Notes under the pieces: model-generated
Database searches by the model: none
Seen by the model: the letters and a program-made list of their open reading frames with translations, nothing else
What the model was told of the DNA's origin: nothing
Made by a program: the position numbers and the translations under genes
Shown: positions 41,816-51,981 of the stretch, in pieces
How the letters are laid out: each line of letters opens with the position of its first letter
How positions within the stretch are numbered: position 1 is the stretch's first letter
Assembly (NCBI GenBank): GCA_043814605.1
Contig: JBDRJV010000007.1
Coordinates: 131,354 to 195,353, forward strand
Direction of reading: 5' to 3'
Source: Candidatus Omnitrophota bacterium
GTDB lineage: Bacteria; Omnitrophota; Gorgyraeia; B26-G9
DNA length: 64,000 bases

Positions 41816-42512
41816 GCGGCGGTTATTTGAAAGTTTTAATTACGCGATTGAAGGATTTATGTATGTTTTAAAAACACAGCGTAATATGAGGCTGCATTTT
41901 TTATCCGCAATTATTGTTTTGTTATTTGGGGTCTATTTTAATTTTTCGAAAGAAAAATTAGTTCTTTTATTATTAACCATAAGTTTTGTTTTTATTGCAG
42001 AAATGTTTAATTCCGCTTTGGAATTAATTATTGATTTAATTACGGATGAGTTCCATCCTTTAGCCAGAATTATCAAGGATATTGCTGCCGGCGCTGTTCT
42101 GGTCGCGGCAATCAATGCGGTATTTGTTGGATATTTGCTTTTCTTTAATACCATCCCTTCGGATACGTTGCAAACAACAATTGATTATATTAGGCAAAAG
42201 CCCTTGCATTTAACTTTTATTTCCATGGTTATTGTCCTGCATGTGGTATTTTTTTCAAAAGCCAGGCTAGGAAAAGGAAAACCTTTACGTGGGGGTATGC
42301 CTTCGGGGCATGCGGCGGTAGCTTTTTCGGTTTGGGCCATTGTGTTATTTATTTCCACGAGTAAATTGTTAATAACCCTTGTATTTATTCTGGCGATTTT
42401 AGTGGCTCAAAGCAGGATTCGCCCGGGGTTTCATAGTTTAAAAGAGGTAGCTATCGGAGGGTTATTGGGATTAAGCTTAACGAGTTTGATATTTTTTATC
42501 CTAAATTTATAA
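41808..42512 (+). CDS. dgkA: Diacylglycerol kinase (DgkA) fused to a C-terminal PAP2-type phosphatase module
   Basis: The N-terminal ~120 aa match prokaryotic DgkA (FNYAIEGFMYVLKTQRNMRLH…IAEMFNSALE…AKDIAAGAVL). The C-terminal ~100 aa carry PAP2 motifs KxxxxxxRG, PSGH and SRIRPGFH. Confidence 0.7.
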   Translation: MHRRRLFESFNYAIEGFMYVLKTQRNMRLHFLSAIIVLLFGVYFNFSKEKLVLLLLTISFVFIAEMFNSALELIIDLITDEFHPLARIIKDIAAGAVLVAAINAVFVGYLLFFNTIPSDTLQTTIDYIRQKPLHLTFISMVIVLHVVFFSKARLGKGKPLRGGMPSGHAAVAFSVWAIVLFISTSKLLITLVFILAILVAQSRIRPGFHSLKEVAIGGLLGLSLTSLIFFILNL

Positions 42513-42574
42513 ATTAATTTGCTGATTGGCAGTCTTAAAAAACGAGCTGTAATCTGAAAACAAAATAAGAATAA

Positions 42575-43333
42575 ATGACTATTCATAAAACAAATGCAAT
42601 TGTCTTAAATCGCAAAGATTACCGAGAAACAAGTTTTTTGTTAAGTTTTTATACTTCTGATTTTGGTAAAATATACGCCCAGGCAAAAGGAGCGCGGCGG
42701 AAGGCGGATAAATTCGGCACAAATTTTTTACCGATTACCTATAACAAAATTGTTTTTTATGAAAATAAAAGAAGTGACCTGCACATTATTTCCCAGGCTG
42801 ATCTTATTGAACCATTTATAAATATTGATAAAGACATCGAAAGATATACTTACGCCACATATTTTTTAGAATTGGTTAGTTCCGGAATGCCCGGGGGAGA
42901 GAAAAATACCCAGGTTTTTAATTTAGTAATGAAATTCTTGAATTTATTGAATAATGAGGATAAAATAAACAACATCACCCAAATTTTTGAAGTAATATTT
43001 TTAAACCTTTCCGGATTTAAACCAAGGCTGGATAGTTGCGTAAATTGTAATAACGAAATTTTGGATAAAAGTAAATTCAGCTCTGCTGCCGGGGGCTTAT
43101 TGTGCGATAAATGTTTTTATGCAGATTCAAATGCGAAAAGTTTAATGCCCGGGACAATTGCGACGATTAAATATATTGAAACAATTGAGTTAGATAAAAT
43201 TGCTAGTTTTAAAATGGTCCGTTCAGTCGGTAATGAATTGAGTATAATTCTGAGGACATTTATTGATTTTCATATCGGAGAAAAATTTAAAGCTTTAGAT
43301 TTTTTGCAAAAGGTAAGAGGTTTGTATGTCTAA
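42575..43333 (+). CDS. recO: DNA repair protein RecO
   Basis: 252 aa. The N-terminal OB-fold is AIVLNRKDYRETSFLLSFYTSDFGKIYAQAKGARR. The zinc finger is C-x2-C…C-x2-C (CVNCNNE…CDKC). Confidence 0.8.
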   Translation: MTIHKTNAIVLNRKDYRETSFLLSFYTSDFGKIYAQAKGARRKADKFGTNFLPITYNKIVFYENKRSDLHIISQADLIEPFINIDKDIERYTYATYFLELVSSGMPGGEKNTQVFNLVMKFLNLLNNEDKINNITQIFEVIFLNLSGFKPRLDSCVNCNNEILDKSKFSSAAGGLLCDKCFYADSNAKSLMPGTIATIKYIETIELDKIASFKMVRSVGNELSIILRTFIDFHIGEKFKALDFLQKVRGLYV

Positions 43334-44651
43334 TGCCGTAATGGATAAAATTGTATCCTTATGTAAACGCCGGGGGTTTATTTTTCCCAGCTCGGAAATC
43401 TATGGGGGATTAAACAGCACTTGGGATTATGGTCCTTTAGGTGTGGAGCTAAAAAGAAATATAAAAAGTGCCTGGTGGCGTGATGTTGTGCACGGGCGTG
43501 ATGATATGGAAGGCCTGGATGCAGCCATACTGATGCATCCGAATATATGGAAAGCCTCCGGACACCTAGATGGATTTACAGATGCTTTAGTTGACTGCCG
43601 GGTATGTAAAAAACGTTTTCGTGCAGATCATTTACTTGGAGAGGCAGAACAGAGAAAATGTCCGGAATGTAACGCAGTAATTAATCTCAAGGAAAATCCG
43701 CCGCGTCATTTTAATTTAATGTTAAAAACATTTTTAGGACCGGTTGAAAATGAAAACGCGATAACATATATACGTCCGGAAACAGCACAAGGAATTTTTG
43801 TGAATTTTTTAAATGTTCTAAATTCCCGGGCGAGAAAACTGCCGTTCGGTATTGCCCAGATCGGAAAAAGTTTCCGTAATGAAATTACGCCCGGAAATTT
43901 TACATTTCGCACTCGTGAATTTGAACAAATGGAAATAGAATATTTTGTGCCGCCGGAAACAGCAGAGTATTGGTACAAACATTGGGTTCAACAAAGGTTT
44001 AATTGGTATTTAAAATTAGGCATAAACAAAGAAAATTTAAAATTAAGGCAACATGCAAAGGATGAGCTAGCTCATTATGCTCAAGGTTGTACAGATATTG
44101 AGTATTTGTTTCCTTTTGGCTGGTCTGAGCTTGAGGGAATTGCGAATAGGACGGATTTTGACTTAAAACAACATGCACAATTAAGCGGTAAGGATTTAAC
44201 TTTTTTTGACCAGGCTCAAGCCAAGCGGTATTTGCCCTATGTGATTGAGCCTTCCGGGGGAGTTGACCGGGCAGCTTTAGCTTTCTTAGTTGATGCCTAT
44301 AAAGAAGAAATAGTGAAAGGAGAAACCAGAGTGGTGTTAGGGTTAAGTAAAGAATTGGCTCCCTATAAAATAGCTGTTTTACCATTATTAAAAAAGAATA
44401 CAGGTATTGTAGAAATGGCAAAAAAAATTGGTTGTAGCTTAAAGAAAAAATTTGTGGTAAAATACGACGATACTGCTTCTATCGGTAAGCTCTATCGTCG
44501 GCAGGATGAGATTGGCACCTTATTTTGTGTTACGGTTGATGTGCAATCATTAACAGATCATCAGGTGACCATAAGAGCCCGGGATACAATGGCGCAGGAT
44601 CGGGTAGATATTAGTAAATTAGAAGAATATTTTGAAAATAAAATTTTATAG
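43326..44651 (+). CDS. glyQS: Glycine--tRNA ligase (dimeric GlyQS type)
   Basis: 441 aa with GFIFPSSEIYGGL, a class II core and a C-terminal anticodon-binding domain. Confidence 0.9.
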   Translation: MSNAVMDKIVSLCKRRGFIFPSSEIYGGLNSTWDYGPLGVELKRNIKSAWWRDVVHGRDDMEGLDAAILMHPNIWKASGHLDGFTDALVDCRVCKKRFRADHLLGEAEQRKCPECNAVINLKENPPRHFNLMLKTFLGPVENENAITYIRPETAQGIFVNFLNVLNSRARKLPFGIAQIGKSFRNEITPGNFTFRTREFEQMEIEYFVPPETAEYWYKHWVQQRFNWYLKLGINKENLKLRQHAKDELAHYAQGCTDIEYLFPFGWSELEGIANRTDFDLKQHAQLSGKDLTFFDQAQAKRYLPYVIEPSGGVDRAALAFLVDAYKEEIVKGETRVVLGLSKELAPYKIAVLPLLKKNTGIVEMAKKIGCSLKKKFVVKYDDTASIGKLYRRQDEIGTLFCVTVDVQSLTDHQVTIRARDTMAQDRVDISKLEEYFENKIL

Positions 44652-44688
44652 TGAAAAAACAATGGATGGAAAGGGGGATTTATTTAAG

Positions 44689-47385
44689 ATGAGTAAAAAG
44701 TATGTGTATTTTTTTGGTAATGGAAAAGCAGACGGAAATGCTAAGATGAAAGCAATCCTCGGAGGAAAAGGAGCTAATCTAGCAGAGATGTCTAGCATTG
44801 GAGTTCCAGTACCACCTGGATTTACAATTTCCACAGAAGTTTGTGATTATTATTATAAAAATGATAAAAAGTATCCTTTAGAATTACAAAAGCAAATTGA
44901 TGAAAATATTGCCAAGCTAGAAAAAGCTATGGATGCGAAATTAGGCGATCCGAACAATCCGTTATTAGTTTCTGTACGCAGTGGAGCAGCTGCTTCTATG
45001 CCAGGCATGATGGATACAGTACTAAACCTAGGACTTAATGATGCTGCGGTTGAAGGCCTGGCCAAAAAAACAGATAACGAAAGATTAGCCTGGGATGCTT
45101 ATCGCCGGTTTATTGATATGTTTGGTGATGTAGTTATGGGAGTTGAGCATGATCATTTCGAAGAAAAATTATCCGCAATTAAAAATAAATATAAAGCAAA
45201 ATTAGATACAGATTTAAGCGCGCTGCAATTAAAAGAAGTTGTTTCAGAATATAAAAAAGTTTATCAAAAATATGTAAGAAAACCGTTTCCCCATAAAGCG
45301 AAAGATCAGTTAATGGCTGCGGTCAATGCAGTTTTTGGCTCCTGGAATATTCCGCGGGCTCAAACCTATCGCAGAATTAACCGGATTACCGGGCTTTTGG
45401 GAACTGCGGTAAATGTGCAGGCAATGGTTTTTGGTAATATGGGAGAAACTTCTGGCACCGGAGTTGCGTTTACCCGTAATCCTTCAACCGGTGATAAAGA
45501 ATTTTTTGGTGAATTTTTAATAAATGCGCAAGGGGAAGATGTAGTTGCAGGAATTAGAACCCCGGAGCCGATTAGCGATTTAAAGAAAGCCTGGCCGCCG
45601 ATTTATGAAGAATTAAATAGTATCCGTAATAAGCTGGAAAAACATTACCGCGATATGCAGGATGTTGAATTTACGATTCAGGAAGGAAAGCTCTTTATGC
45701 TGCAAACACGTACGGGTAAGCGAACAGGTTTAGCGGCCGTAAAATTAGCTGTAGATATGGTTAATGAAAGAATGATTACACCCAAAGAAGCTTTAATGCG
45801 GATTGAAGGAGATCAGCTTAACCAACTTCTTTTCCCGATTTTTGATTTAAAAGCAAAAGCAAATGCAAAACTGATTGCCAAAGGGCTGCCGGCTGGTCCG
45901 GGCGCAGCTTCTGGACAGGTAGTATTTACGGCTTTAGACGCTGAGGCTTGGAAGAAAAAAGGAAAACAAGTTATTCTGGTGAGGCACGAAACATCGCCTG
46001 AGGATGTTGCGGGTATGGATGCTGCGGTAGGAATTTTAACATCAACCGGAGGCATGACCTCGCATGCGGCAGTAGTGGCACGCGGTTGGGGGAAATGCTG
46101 TATTGCCGGATGTAGTACTCTAAATATAAACTATGCCAAACAACAGATCACCATTGGTAATTTAGTGATTAAGCAAGGGGATTGGATTTCATTAGATGGT
46201 TCAACCGGCGAGGTAATGTTAGGACACATTAAATCAAGCTCTAGTCCGGTTATTGCCGGTATTGTAGAAAATAATACGGAAGCAAAAAAAAGCGAAATTT
46301 ACAAGATGTTTAATCAGATAATGAAGTGGGCGGATCAGTACCGAACATTAAATATCCGTACGAATGCAGATACGCCTAAAGATTCACAAGCAGCCCGCAG
46401 GCTTGGGGCAGAGGGAATTGGGTTAACTCGGACTGAGCATATGTTTTTTGAAGGGGAGAGAATTTGGGCAATCAGAGAATTTATTTTAGCTCAGGATAAG
46501 ATAGCACGAGAAAAGGCTTTGGTAAAATTACTGCCATTTCAACGAAAGGATTTTGAAGGAATTTTTGAGCAAATGAATGGTTTGCCGGTAACAATTCGTT
46601 TACTGGATCCGCCATTACATGAATTTTTACCAAATGATGAAGCAGGTCAAAAAGAAATGGCAAAACGGCTTAAAATTACACCGGTACGGGTTAAAGAATT
46701 AATTAAAAGCCTGCATGAGTTAAATCCCATGCTAGGGCATCGAGGTTGCCGGTTATCGATAACCTATCCGGAGCTTTGTGTAATGCAAACCACTGCAATC
46801 ATTGAAGCAGCTTGTAAGATGGCGAAAAAAGGCATTAAGGTTATGCCGGAAATAATGATTCCTTTAATCGGGACAAAGAATGAATTTGATTTTCTGGAGC
46901 CAATTATTAGGCAGACAGCAGATGCGATTATCAAGAAAACTAATTCCCGCGTAAAATATATGGTAGGAACAATGATTGAAATTCCCCGGGCGGCTTTAAC
47001 TGCGGATGAAGTTGCGCAAAATGCAGAATTTTTCTCTTTTGGCACTAATGATTTAACCCAGATGACCTTTGGTTATAGTAGAGATGATGCCGGTGTTTTC
47101 TTACCAGAATATGTGGAAAAGAAAGTTTTACCGGATGATCCTTTCCAAACTATTGATCAAGGCGGGGTAGGAAAACTTATCCAAACAGCAGTTTCCTTAG
47201 GCCGAAAAACAAGAAAGAATCTTAAATGCGGTATTTGCGGCGAACACGGGGGAGACCCCCGGTCGGTAAAATTTTGTCATAAGGTTGGTTTAAATTATGT
47301 CAGCTGTTCACCATTTAGAGTGCCGATTGCACGTTTAGCAGCAGCACAGGCAGTAATTGAAGAAAAGGAAGGGAAAAATTTTTAA
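44689..47385 (+). CDS. ppdK: Pyruvate, phosphate dikinase
   Basis: MSKKYVYFFGNGKADGNAKMKAILGGKGANLAEM, the phospho-His region GGMTSHAAVVARGWGKCCIAG and a C-terminal PEP-utilising TIM barrel. RBS AAGGGGGA. The upstream 19 codons of the six-frame ORF are rejected. Confidence 0.9.
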   Translation: MSKKYVYFFGNGKADGNAKMKAILGGKGANLAEMSSIGVPVPPGFTISTEVCDYYYKNDKKYPLELQKQIDENIAKLEKAMDAKLGDPNNPLLVSVRSGAAASMPGMMDTVLNLGLNDAAVEGLAKKTDNERLAWDAYRRFIDMFGDVVMGVEHDHFEEKLSAIKNKYKAKLDTDLSALQLKEVVSEYKKVYQKYVRKPFPHKAKDQLMAAVNAVFGSWNIPRAQTYRRINRITGLLGTAVNVQAMVFGNMGETSGTGVAFTRNPSTGDKEFFGEFLINAQGEDVVAGIRTPEPISDLKKAWPPIYEELNSIRNKLEKHYRDMQDVEFTIQEGKLFMLQTRTGKRTGLAAVKLAVDMVNERMITPKEALMRIEGDQLNQLLFPIFDLKAKANAKLIAKGLPAGPGAASGQVVFTALDAEAWKKKGKQVILVRHETSPEDVAGMDAAVGILTSTGGMTSHAAVVARGWGKCCIAGCSTLNINYAKQQITIGNLVIKQGDWISLDGSTGEVMLGHIKSSSSPVIAGIVENNTEAKKSEIYKMFNQIMKWADQYRTLNIRTNADTPKDSQAARRLGAEGIGLTRTEHMFFEGERIWAIREFILAQDKIAREKALVKLLPFQRKDFEGIFEQMNGLPVTIRLLDPPLHEFLPNDEAGQKEMAKRLKITPVRVKELIKSLHELNPMLGHRGCRLSITYPELCVMQTTAIIEAACKMAKKGIKVMPEIMIPLIGTKNEFDFLEPIIRQTADAIIKKTNSRVKYMVGTMIEIPRAALTADEVAQNAEFFSFGTNDLTQMTFGYSRDDAGVFLPEYVEKKVLPDDPFQTIDQGGVGKLIQTAVSLGRKTRKNLKCGICGEHGGDPRSVKFCHKVGLNYVSCSPFRVPIARLAAAQAVIEEKEGKNF

Positions 47386-48201
47386 GTGATGGCTATGGAT
47401 CCAATTCGATTATATTTAAAGGATATTAAAAATATTCCGCTTTTAACCCCGGAAGAAGAACTGAAAATATCAAAAAAAGCAAAACGGGGAGATGTTAATG
47501 CGCGTAAATTAATGATCCGGTCAAATTTAAGGTTAGTGGTAAATATTGCCAAGAAATATAGTTTCTTAGGTGTGCCGATAACGGATTTGATTGAAGAAGG
47601 CAACTTGGGGCTAATGCGGTCTGTGCAAAAGTTTGATCCGCAAAAAGGGTATCGGTTTAGTACTTATGCAGCGTGGTGGATCAGGCAGTATATTACCCGG
47701 GCTATTGCTAACCAAAGTAAAACTATCCGTGTACCGGTTTATCTTACGGAAACGATCACCAAATGGAAAAAAGCTTCGGAGAGGTTAACCCAAAAACTAG
47801 GCCGGCAACCGAACATAAAAGAAATTGCGAAAAAAATGCGGATTACAATCAAAAAAGCACGCAGTTTGAGCGAAATTGTTACCCGAACAACATCTTTACA
47901 TAAACCGATTGGGGAGGATTCATCCGGAGAGTTTATGGATTTGATTGAAGATGAATCTAGTGTATCTCCTTTTGAAGAATTAAGCCGGCTTTTACGCCAG
48001 GAAAAGATTGCGGAATTATTAGAGAAGATGTCCGAGAGGGAAAAGCAGATATTAATACTCCGGTACGGGCTCGAAGATGGTGATTTTCGTACGCTTGAGG
48101 AAACAGCGAAAAACTTCAAAATTTCCCGGGAAAGAGTCAGGCAGATAGAAAATAATGCACTAAAGAAATTAAGGATGTATATGCAGGAGACAGAATCATG
48201 A
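47386..48201 (+). CDS. Sigma-70 family RNA polymerase sigma factor (short RpoD-like)
   Basis: 271 aa. Region 2 is LRLVVNIAKKY…DLIEEGNLGLMRSVQKFDPQKGYRFSTYAAWWIRQ and region 4 is LEETAKNFKISRERVRQIENNALKKLR. There is no region 1.1. The start abuts the ppdK stop. Confidence 0.75.
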   Translation: MMAMDPIRLYLKDIKNIPLLTPEEELKISKKAKRGDVNARKLMIRSNLRLVVNIAKKYSFLGVPITDLIEEGNLGLMRSVQKFDPQKGYRFSTYAAWWIRQYITRAIANQSKTIRVPVYLTETITKWKKASERLTQKLGRQPNIKEIAKKMRITIKKARSLSEIVTRTTSLHKPIGEDSSGEFMDLIEDESSVSPFEELSRLLRQEKIAELLEKMSEREKQILILRYGLEDGDFRTLEETAKNFKISRERVRQIENNALKKLRMYMQETES

Positions 48202-48722
48202 AAGCGGAAAAAATTCTCGCTAAAGCTATCCGTGATGTTCCTGATTTCCCTAAAAAAGGTATAATTTTCAAGGATATCACAACATTATTACAAAATTCTA
48301 AAACCTTTAAAAAGGCGATTGATCTGATTTATAAAGAGTATAAACATAAAAAAATCGATGCAGTTGTTTGTGTGGAATCAAGAGGTTTTATCTTTGGGGC
48401 GCCTCTGGCGTATAAATTAAATACCGGCTTAGTCTTGGTCCGAAAAAAAGGGAAACTTCCCTATAAAACCTACAAAATGACTTATGCTTTAGAGTATGGA
48501 AAAGATACATTAGAAATCCACCAGGATGCTTTAAAAAAGGGAGCTTGTGTTTTAGTGATTGATGACCTTTTGGCAACCGGTGGGACAATTGCGGCTGTTT
48601 GCCAAATACTTAAAAAATTTAAAGCAAAGATAGCCGGTGTGTGTTTTGTGGTAGAATTGCTGTTCCTTAAAGGGCGGGAAAAATTAAAGGATTATAAAGT
48701 TAGTTCTATTGTAAAGTATTAA
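48198..48722 (+). CDS. apt: Adenine phosphoribosyltransferase
   Basis: 174 aa with the PRPP motif VLVIDDLLATGGT. Confidence 0.9.
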   Translation: MKAEKILAKAIRDVPDFPKKGIIFKDITTLLQNSKTFKKAIDLIYKEYKHKKIDAVVCVESRGFIFGAPLAYKLNTGLVLVRKKGKLPYKTYKMTYALEYGKDTLEIHQDALKKGACVLVIDDLLATGGTIAAVCQILKKFKAKIAGVCFVVELLFLKGREKLKDYKVSSIVKY

Positions 48723-48744
48723 ATCTTATATTAAGTAAAAATGC

Positions 48745-48774
48745 AAAAAACGCAGTGAAAGCTGCGTTTTTTAT
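48745..48774 (+). terminator. Rho-independent terminator after apt
   Basis: AAAAACGCAG-tgaaag-CTGCGTTTTTTATTT. Confidence 0.8.
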
Positions 48775-48867
48775 TTACGGCTTAAAGCGAAAATAAGCTT
48801 GCACTGTTTTTAGTAAAAGCTTAGAATAATTATTGCAAATTTTGTTTTATTTTAAGGAAAAAAATAT

Positions 48868-49836
48868 ATGTTTACTAAAGAAAACATTTTACTGGCTATA
48901 AAATCTATTTTTATTTGTGTGCTAATTTTTTTAGCGATTAAATTTGGGATTCCCGCGATAAAGGCTTTTGATCAATTTTTTACACTGAAAATTAAGTCTT
49001 TTCTTTCCTTGTTTTTTGAAGGAGCGGGAGCAGTAAAAAAACAGATTAAGGGTAAACAAAATGAATATCTAGAAACTGACTATGAAATTAATTATCGAGA
49101 GTTCCGTCAGGGATTTATGCGGGGAATCACAGATGATGATTTAACAAAAGCAATCGGCAGAGGAAATTTCCTTATTGCCAAGGATTATCAAAATCTGCAA
49201 ATCAGGCGAAAGTTAGCCTTTCTCTATTATCTGGAAAATGATTATGCAAAATCCAAAGAACATTATTATTGGATTTTAAAAAGATTTTCAGAAAACAAAT
49301 TAAAGTTTGAAAATATCCGCAGCCATGAATATGTTTATAGCATAAAAAGATGCTTATTAGAACTTGCGGCATTATCTTACGAGGGAGATAATGTTGACCA
49401 GGCATTTAGCTTTTATTGGCAATTTAAAAGAGCGGATTATCCAGAAGATACATTTTATGAATTGAGAAATCAAAATTTATCCAGCCAGGATATTCTGGTG
49501 GAGATATTTACCATGATTTCCCGGGAAGGCGGTTTTTCCTTGAAAAAATCAATCCAGGGATTAGAATTACTCAATTTAAAATATCCCGATGATCCGCGAA
49601 TAATCAGTGCATTAATTTTTGAATATTTAGAAATTATTGAATTTTTAGGTGAGGAAAGAATTCTGTTAGCTTGGGAATATATTCAAAACCTGGCTATTTT
49701 AGCAGAAGCTATCCCCAGTTTTAAGGACGAGGAATTAAAAAATGAATTACAAGAAAGAATAGAAATTTTACCTCAAATAAAAGAAAAGTATGAACGAGCT
49801 TTATCTTTTAAACTTAAAAACCAAAGTGAAAAATAA
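48868..49836 (+). CDS. Hypothetical membrane-anchored helical (TPR-like) protein
   Basis: 322 aa with an N-terminal TM helix (ILLAIKSIFICVLIFLAIKF). The remainder is predicted helical. No motif recognised. Confidence 0.45.
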   Translation: MFTKENILLAIKSIFICVLIFLAIKFGIPAIKAFDQFFTLKIKSFLSLFFEGAGAVKKQIKGKQNEYLETDYEINYREFRQGFMRGITDDDLTKAIGRGNFLIAKDYQNLQIRRKLAFLYYLENDYAKSKEHYYWILKRFSENKLKFENIRSHEYVYSIKRCLLELAALSYEGDNVDQAFSFYWQFKRADYPEDTFYELRNQNLSSQDILVEIFTMISREGGFSLKKSIQGLELLNLKYPDDPRIISALIFEYLEIIEFLGEERILLAWEYIQNLAILAEAIPSFKDEELKNELQERIEILPQIKEKYERALSFKLKNQSEK

Positions 49837-49860
49837 AATGATTAACTAGGGGAACTTATT

Positions 49861-50877
49861 GTGCAGATTTGGTTTCCACTTATGATTTTAGTTTTACTCG
49901 TATTTTTTTTGACATTTATTCTTAAATATTACTTTGTTTATTTTTGGCAAAAAAAGACAAAATTAAGAAGCCTGGCAATAAAATTTTCTTTATGTGTATT
50001 GAGCTTATTATATTTATTCATTATCTTAGAAATTATTTTTGCTGCCTTTTTTATTCAATCCGATTCTTACACTTTTACCACTTTAGCTTCGCAGCGTTGG
50101 TTTCAAAAATATTGGAATCCGATTAATTCTGCAGGATACAGAGATTATGAATATAATTGGGACGGGGAAAAAATAATATTCATTCTTGGTGATTCTTTTG
50201 CTGCTGGCCATGGCATAAAAAATATTTCACATAGATTCTCTGGGGTTTTAAAGGATAAGCTTGGGCCTGAATGGATTGTGGTCACATTAGCTAAAAATGG
50301 CTGGGATACAGTTAATGAGTATCTAACTTTAGTCCAGCATCCTAAAAAACCTAAAAAAATAATTGTCTCTTATTATATTAATGATATTGAAAGTATTGCT
50401 CGAAAAAAAGGGTATAATATCCCTTGGGAATTATTGGTAAAACATCCTCCAATTTCTTTTGCAGGGTTAATAATTAGAACATCTTTTATCGTAAATTGGA
50501 TGTATTGGAATTTACATCGTGGCCAATTGGGGGAGATTTATTGGGACTATCTTAAACATTTATTTAATAATCCTCAGATATGGGAATTGCATAAGCAAGA
50601 ATTGCTTAAATTTATAATTTATGCCCAGGAAATAAATGCAGAAATACTATTTATTGTTTGGCCTTACTTAGGAAATATTCCTGAAAGTTTAGAATTTACG
50701 TCTAAAGTGGTAGATTTTTTAGAAAAACAAAATGTTAAGGTGCTTGATTTGGGGAAATACTATTTAAATTATGATCCTGAAAATTTAATTGTTAATAAAT
50801 TAGATACGCATCCTAATGAAAAAGTTCATGCCCAAGTAGCGGAATTACTTTATAAAGAATTATTTCTGACTAAGTAA
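49861..50877 (+). CDS. Membrane-anchored SGNH/GDSL hydrolase family protein
   Basis: GTG start. There are two N-terminal TM helices. GDSL block I is IIFILGDSFAAGHG and the C-terminal D-x-x-H block is DTHPNEKVH. Confidence 0.6.
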   Translation: MQIWFPLMILVLLVFFLTFILKYYFVYFWQKKTKLRSLAIKFSLCVLSLLYLFIILEIIFAAFFIQSDSYTFTTLASQRWFQKYWNPINSAGYRDYEYNWDGEKIIFILGDSFAAGHGIKNISHRFSGVLKDKLGPEWIVVTLAKNGWDTVNEYLTLVQHPKKPKKIIVSYYINDIESIARKKGYNIPWELLVKHPPISFAGLIIRTSFIVNWMYWNLHRGQLGEIYWDYLKHLFNNPQIWELHKQELLKFIIYAQEINAEILFIVWPYLGNIPESLEFTSKVVDFLEKQNVKVLDLGKYYLNYDPENLIVNKLDTHPNEKVHAQVAELLYKELFLTK

Positions 50878-50894
50878 CTTAATGTCTACATCCA

Positions 50895-51944
50895 TTAAAA
50901 GCTAATAAAATATTTACACATGCTGATAATAATCATAAGAATAACTAAAAATTTACCCGTTGTTTTTTTTGATATTTCGTTATAGAAAACAGCCAGGCAC
51001 AAGGCAAAAACAGGCAAGTAGGGCATAGAAAATTCGAATTCTTTTACCCGAATAAAGGTTAAAATAATAAAGGGGATTACTAACCAGCTGAGTAAAAATA
51101 ATCTCTTTGCAGGACTAATGTTGCGCAGGCTATAGATAGACATTATAAAAAGAAAACAGTTTAGCCATCCGATCTGAAAGGGTAATATTTTGATATAGAA
51201 AAATAAATGTGAAAGTGAAAAAATATTTTCCTCTTGAACCTTTGCAATATGCTGTGTCCTTTCCATGATACTGGATAATGTTTGCGGACAATGATAAAAA
51301 ATCGCTGCAATGAATATGCTTAAAAAAATAAAAACAAAAATATTGAAAAATTTGTTTTTATTCTGCAACTGATTATCTGCTTTGCAAGTGAGTATTGTTG
51401 TAAAAATTGGGCCGAAAAGAAAAATAATTGCGGATTGCCTAATTAGCAGGGCCAAGCCAAAGGAAATTCCCGCAAACACAGAAAATTTAAAATTTTGGAA
51501 ATTATTAGTTAATAACAGCAAATAAGCGCATACACTTACTAATGCGGTGATGGCTATATTAAAATTGTACTGTATTGATTTTGTATAAATAATCGCAAAG
51601 AACGAGCAGATAATTGCTGCGAGTACCCCGGTTTGTTTATCGGATAATTTTTTCCCTAAGCCATAAATCGCTGATAATAAAATTGTAAAAAAGATAGCCG
51701 AATTAAAAAATAATGCATTATTCGCAGAGAAAATTTTGACTAAGATTATTCCTGTCCAGTAATACAAAGGGGCATAGGCAGTATCAATAAAAACCAAATT
51801 TTTAAAAGAAAAATTTTGGTTCAAAGCATGCATCATTTTAAAGGTATTATGCATATGCCAGTACCAGTCTTTGCCCACAGGCCAGGCTCCGGCTTTAAAC
51901 CAAAAAATAATATTGATTAAATGTAAGCTGATTAATAAAATCAT
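50895..51944 (-). CDS. Polytopic membrane protein, ArnT/PMT (GT39/GT83)-like N-terminal region
   Basis: 349 aa with about 9-10 TM helices. The architecture resembles the membrane domain of lipid-linked-sugar glycosyltransferases. The call is weak. Confidence 0.35.
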   Translation of the reverse strand: MILLISLHLINIIFWFKAGAWPVGKDWYWHMHNTFKMMHALNQNFSFKNLVFIDTAYAPLYYWTGIILVKIFSANNALFFNSAIFFTILLSAIYGLGKKLSDKQTGVLAAIICSFFAIIYTKSIQYNFNIAITALVSVCAYLLLLTNNFQNFKFSVFAGISFGLALLIRQSAIIFLFGPIFTTILTCKADNQLQNKNKFFNIFVFIFLSIFIAAIFYHCPQTLSSIMERTQHIAKVQEENIFSLSHLFFYIKILPFQIGWLNCFLFIMSIYSLRNISPAKRLFLLSWLVIPFIILTFIRVKEFEFSMPYLPVFALCLAVFYNEISKKTTGKFLVILMIIISMCKYFISF

Positions 51945-51981
51945 GGTGAAAATATATTTTTTCTTTCTTATCTGTATCTTT

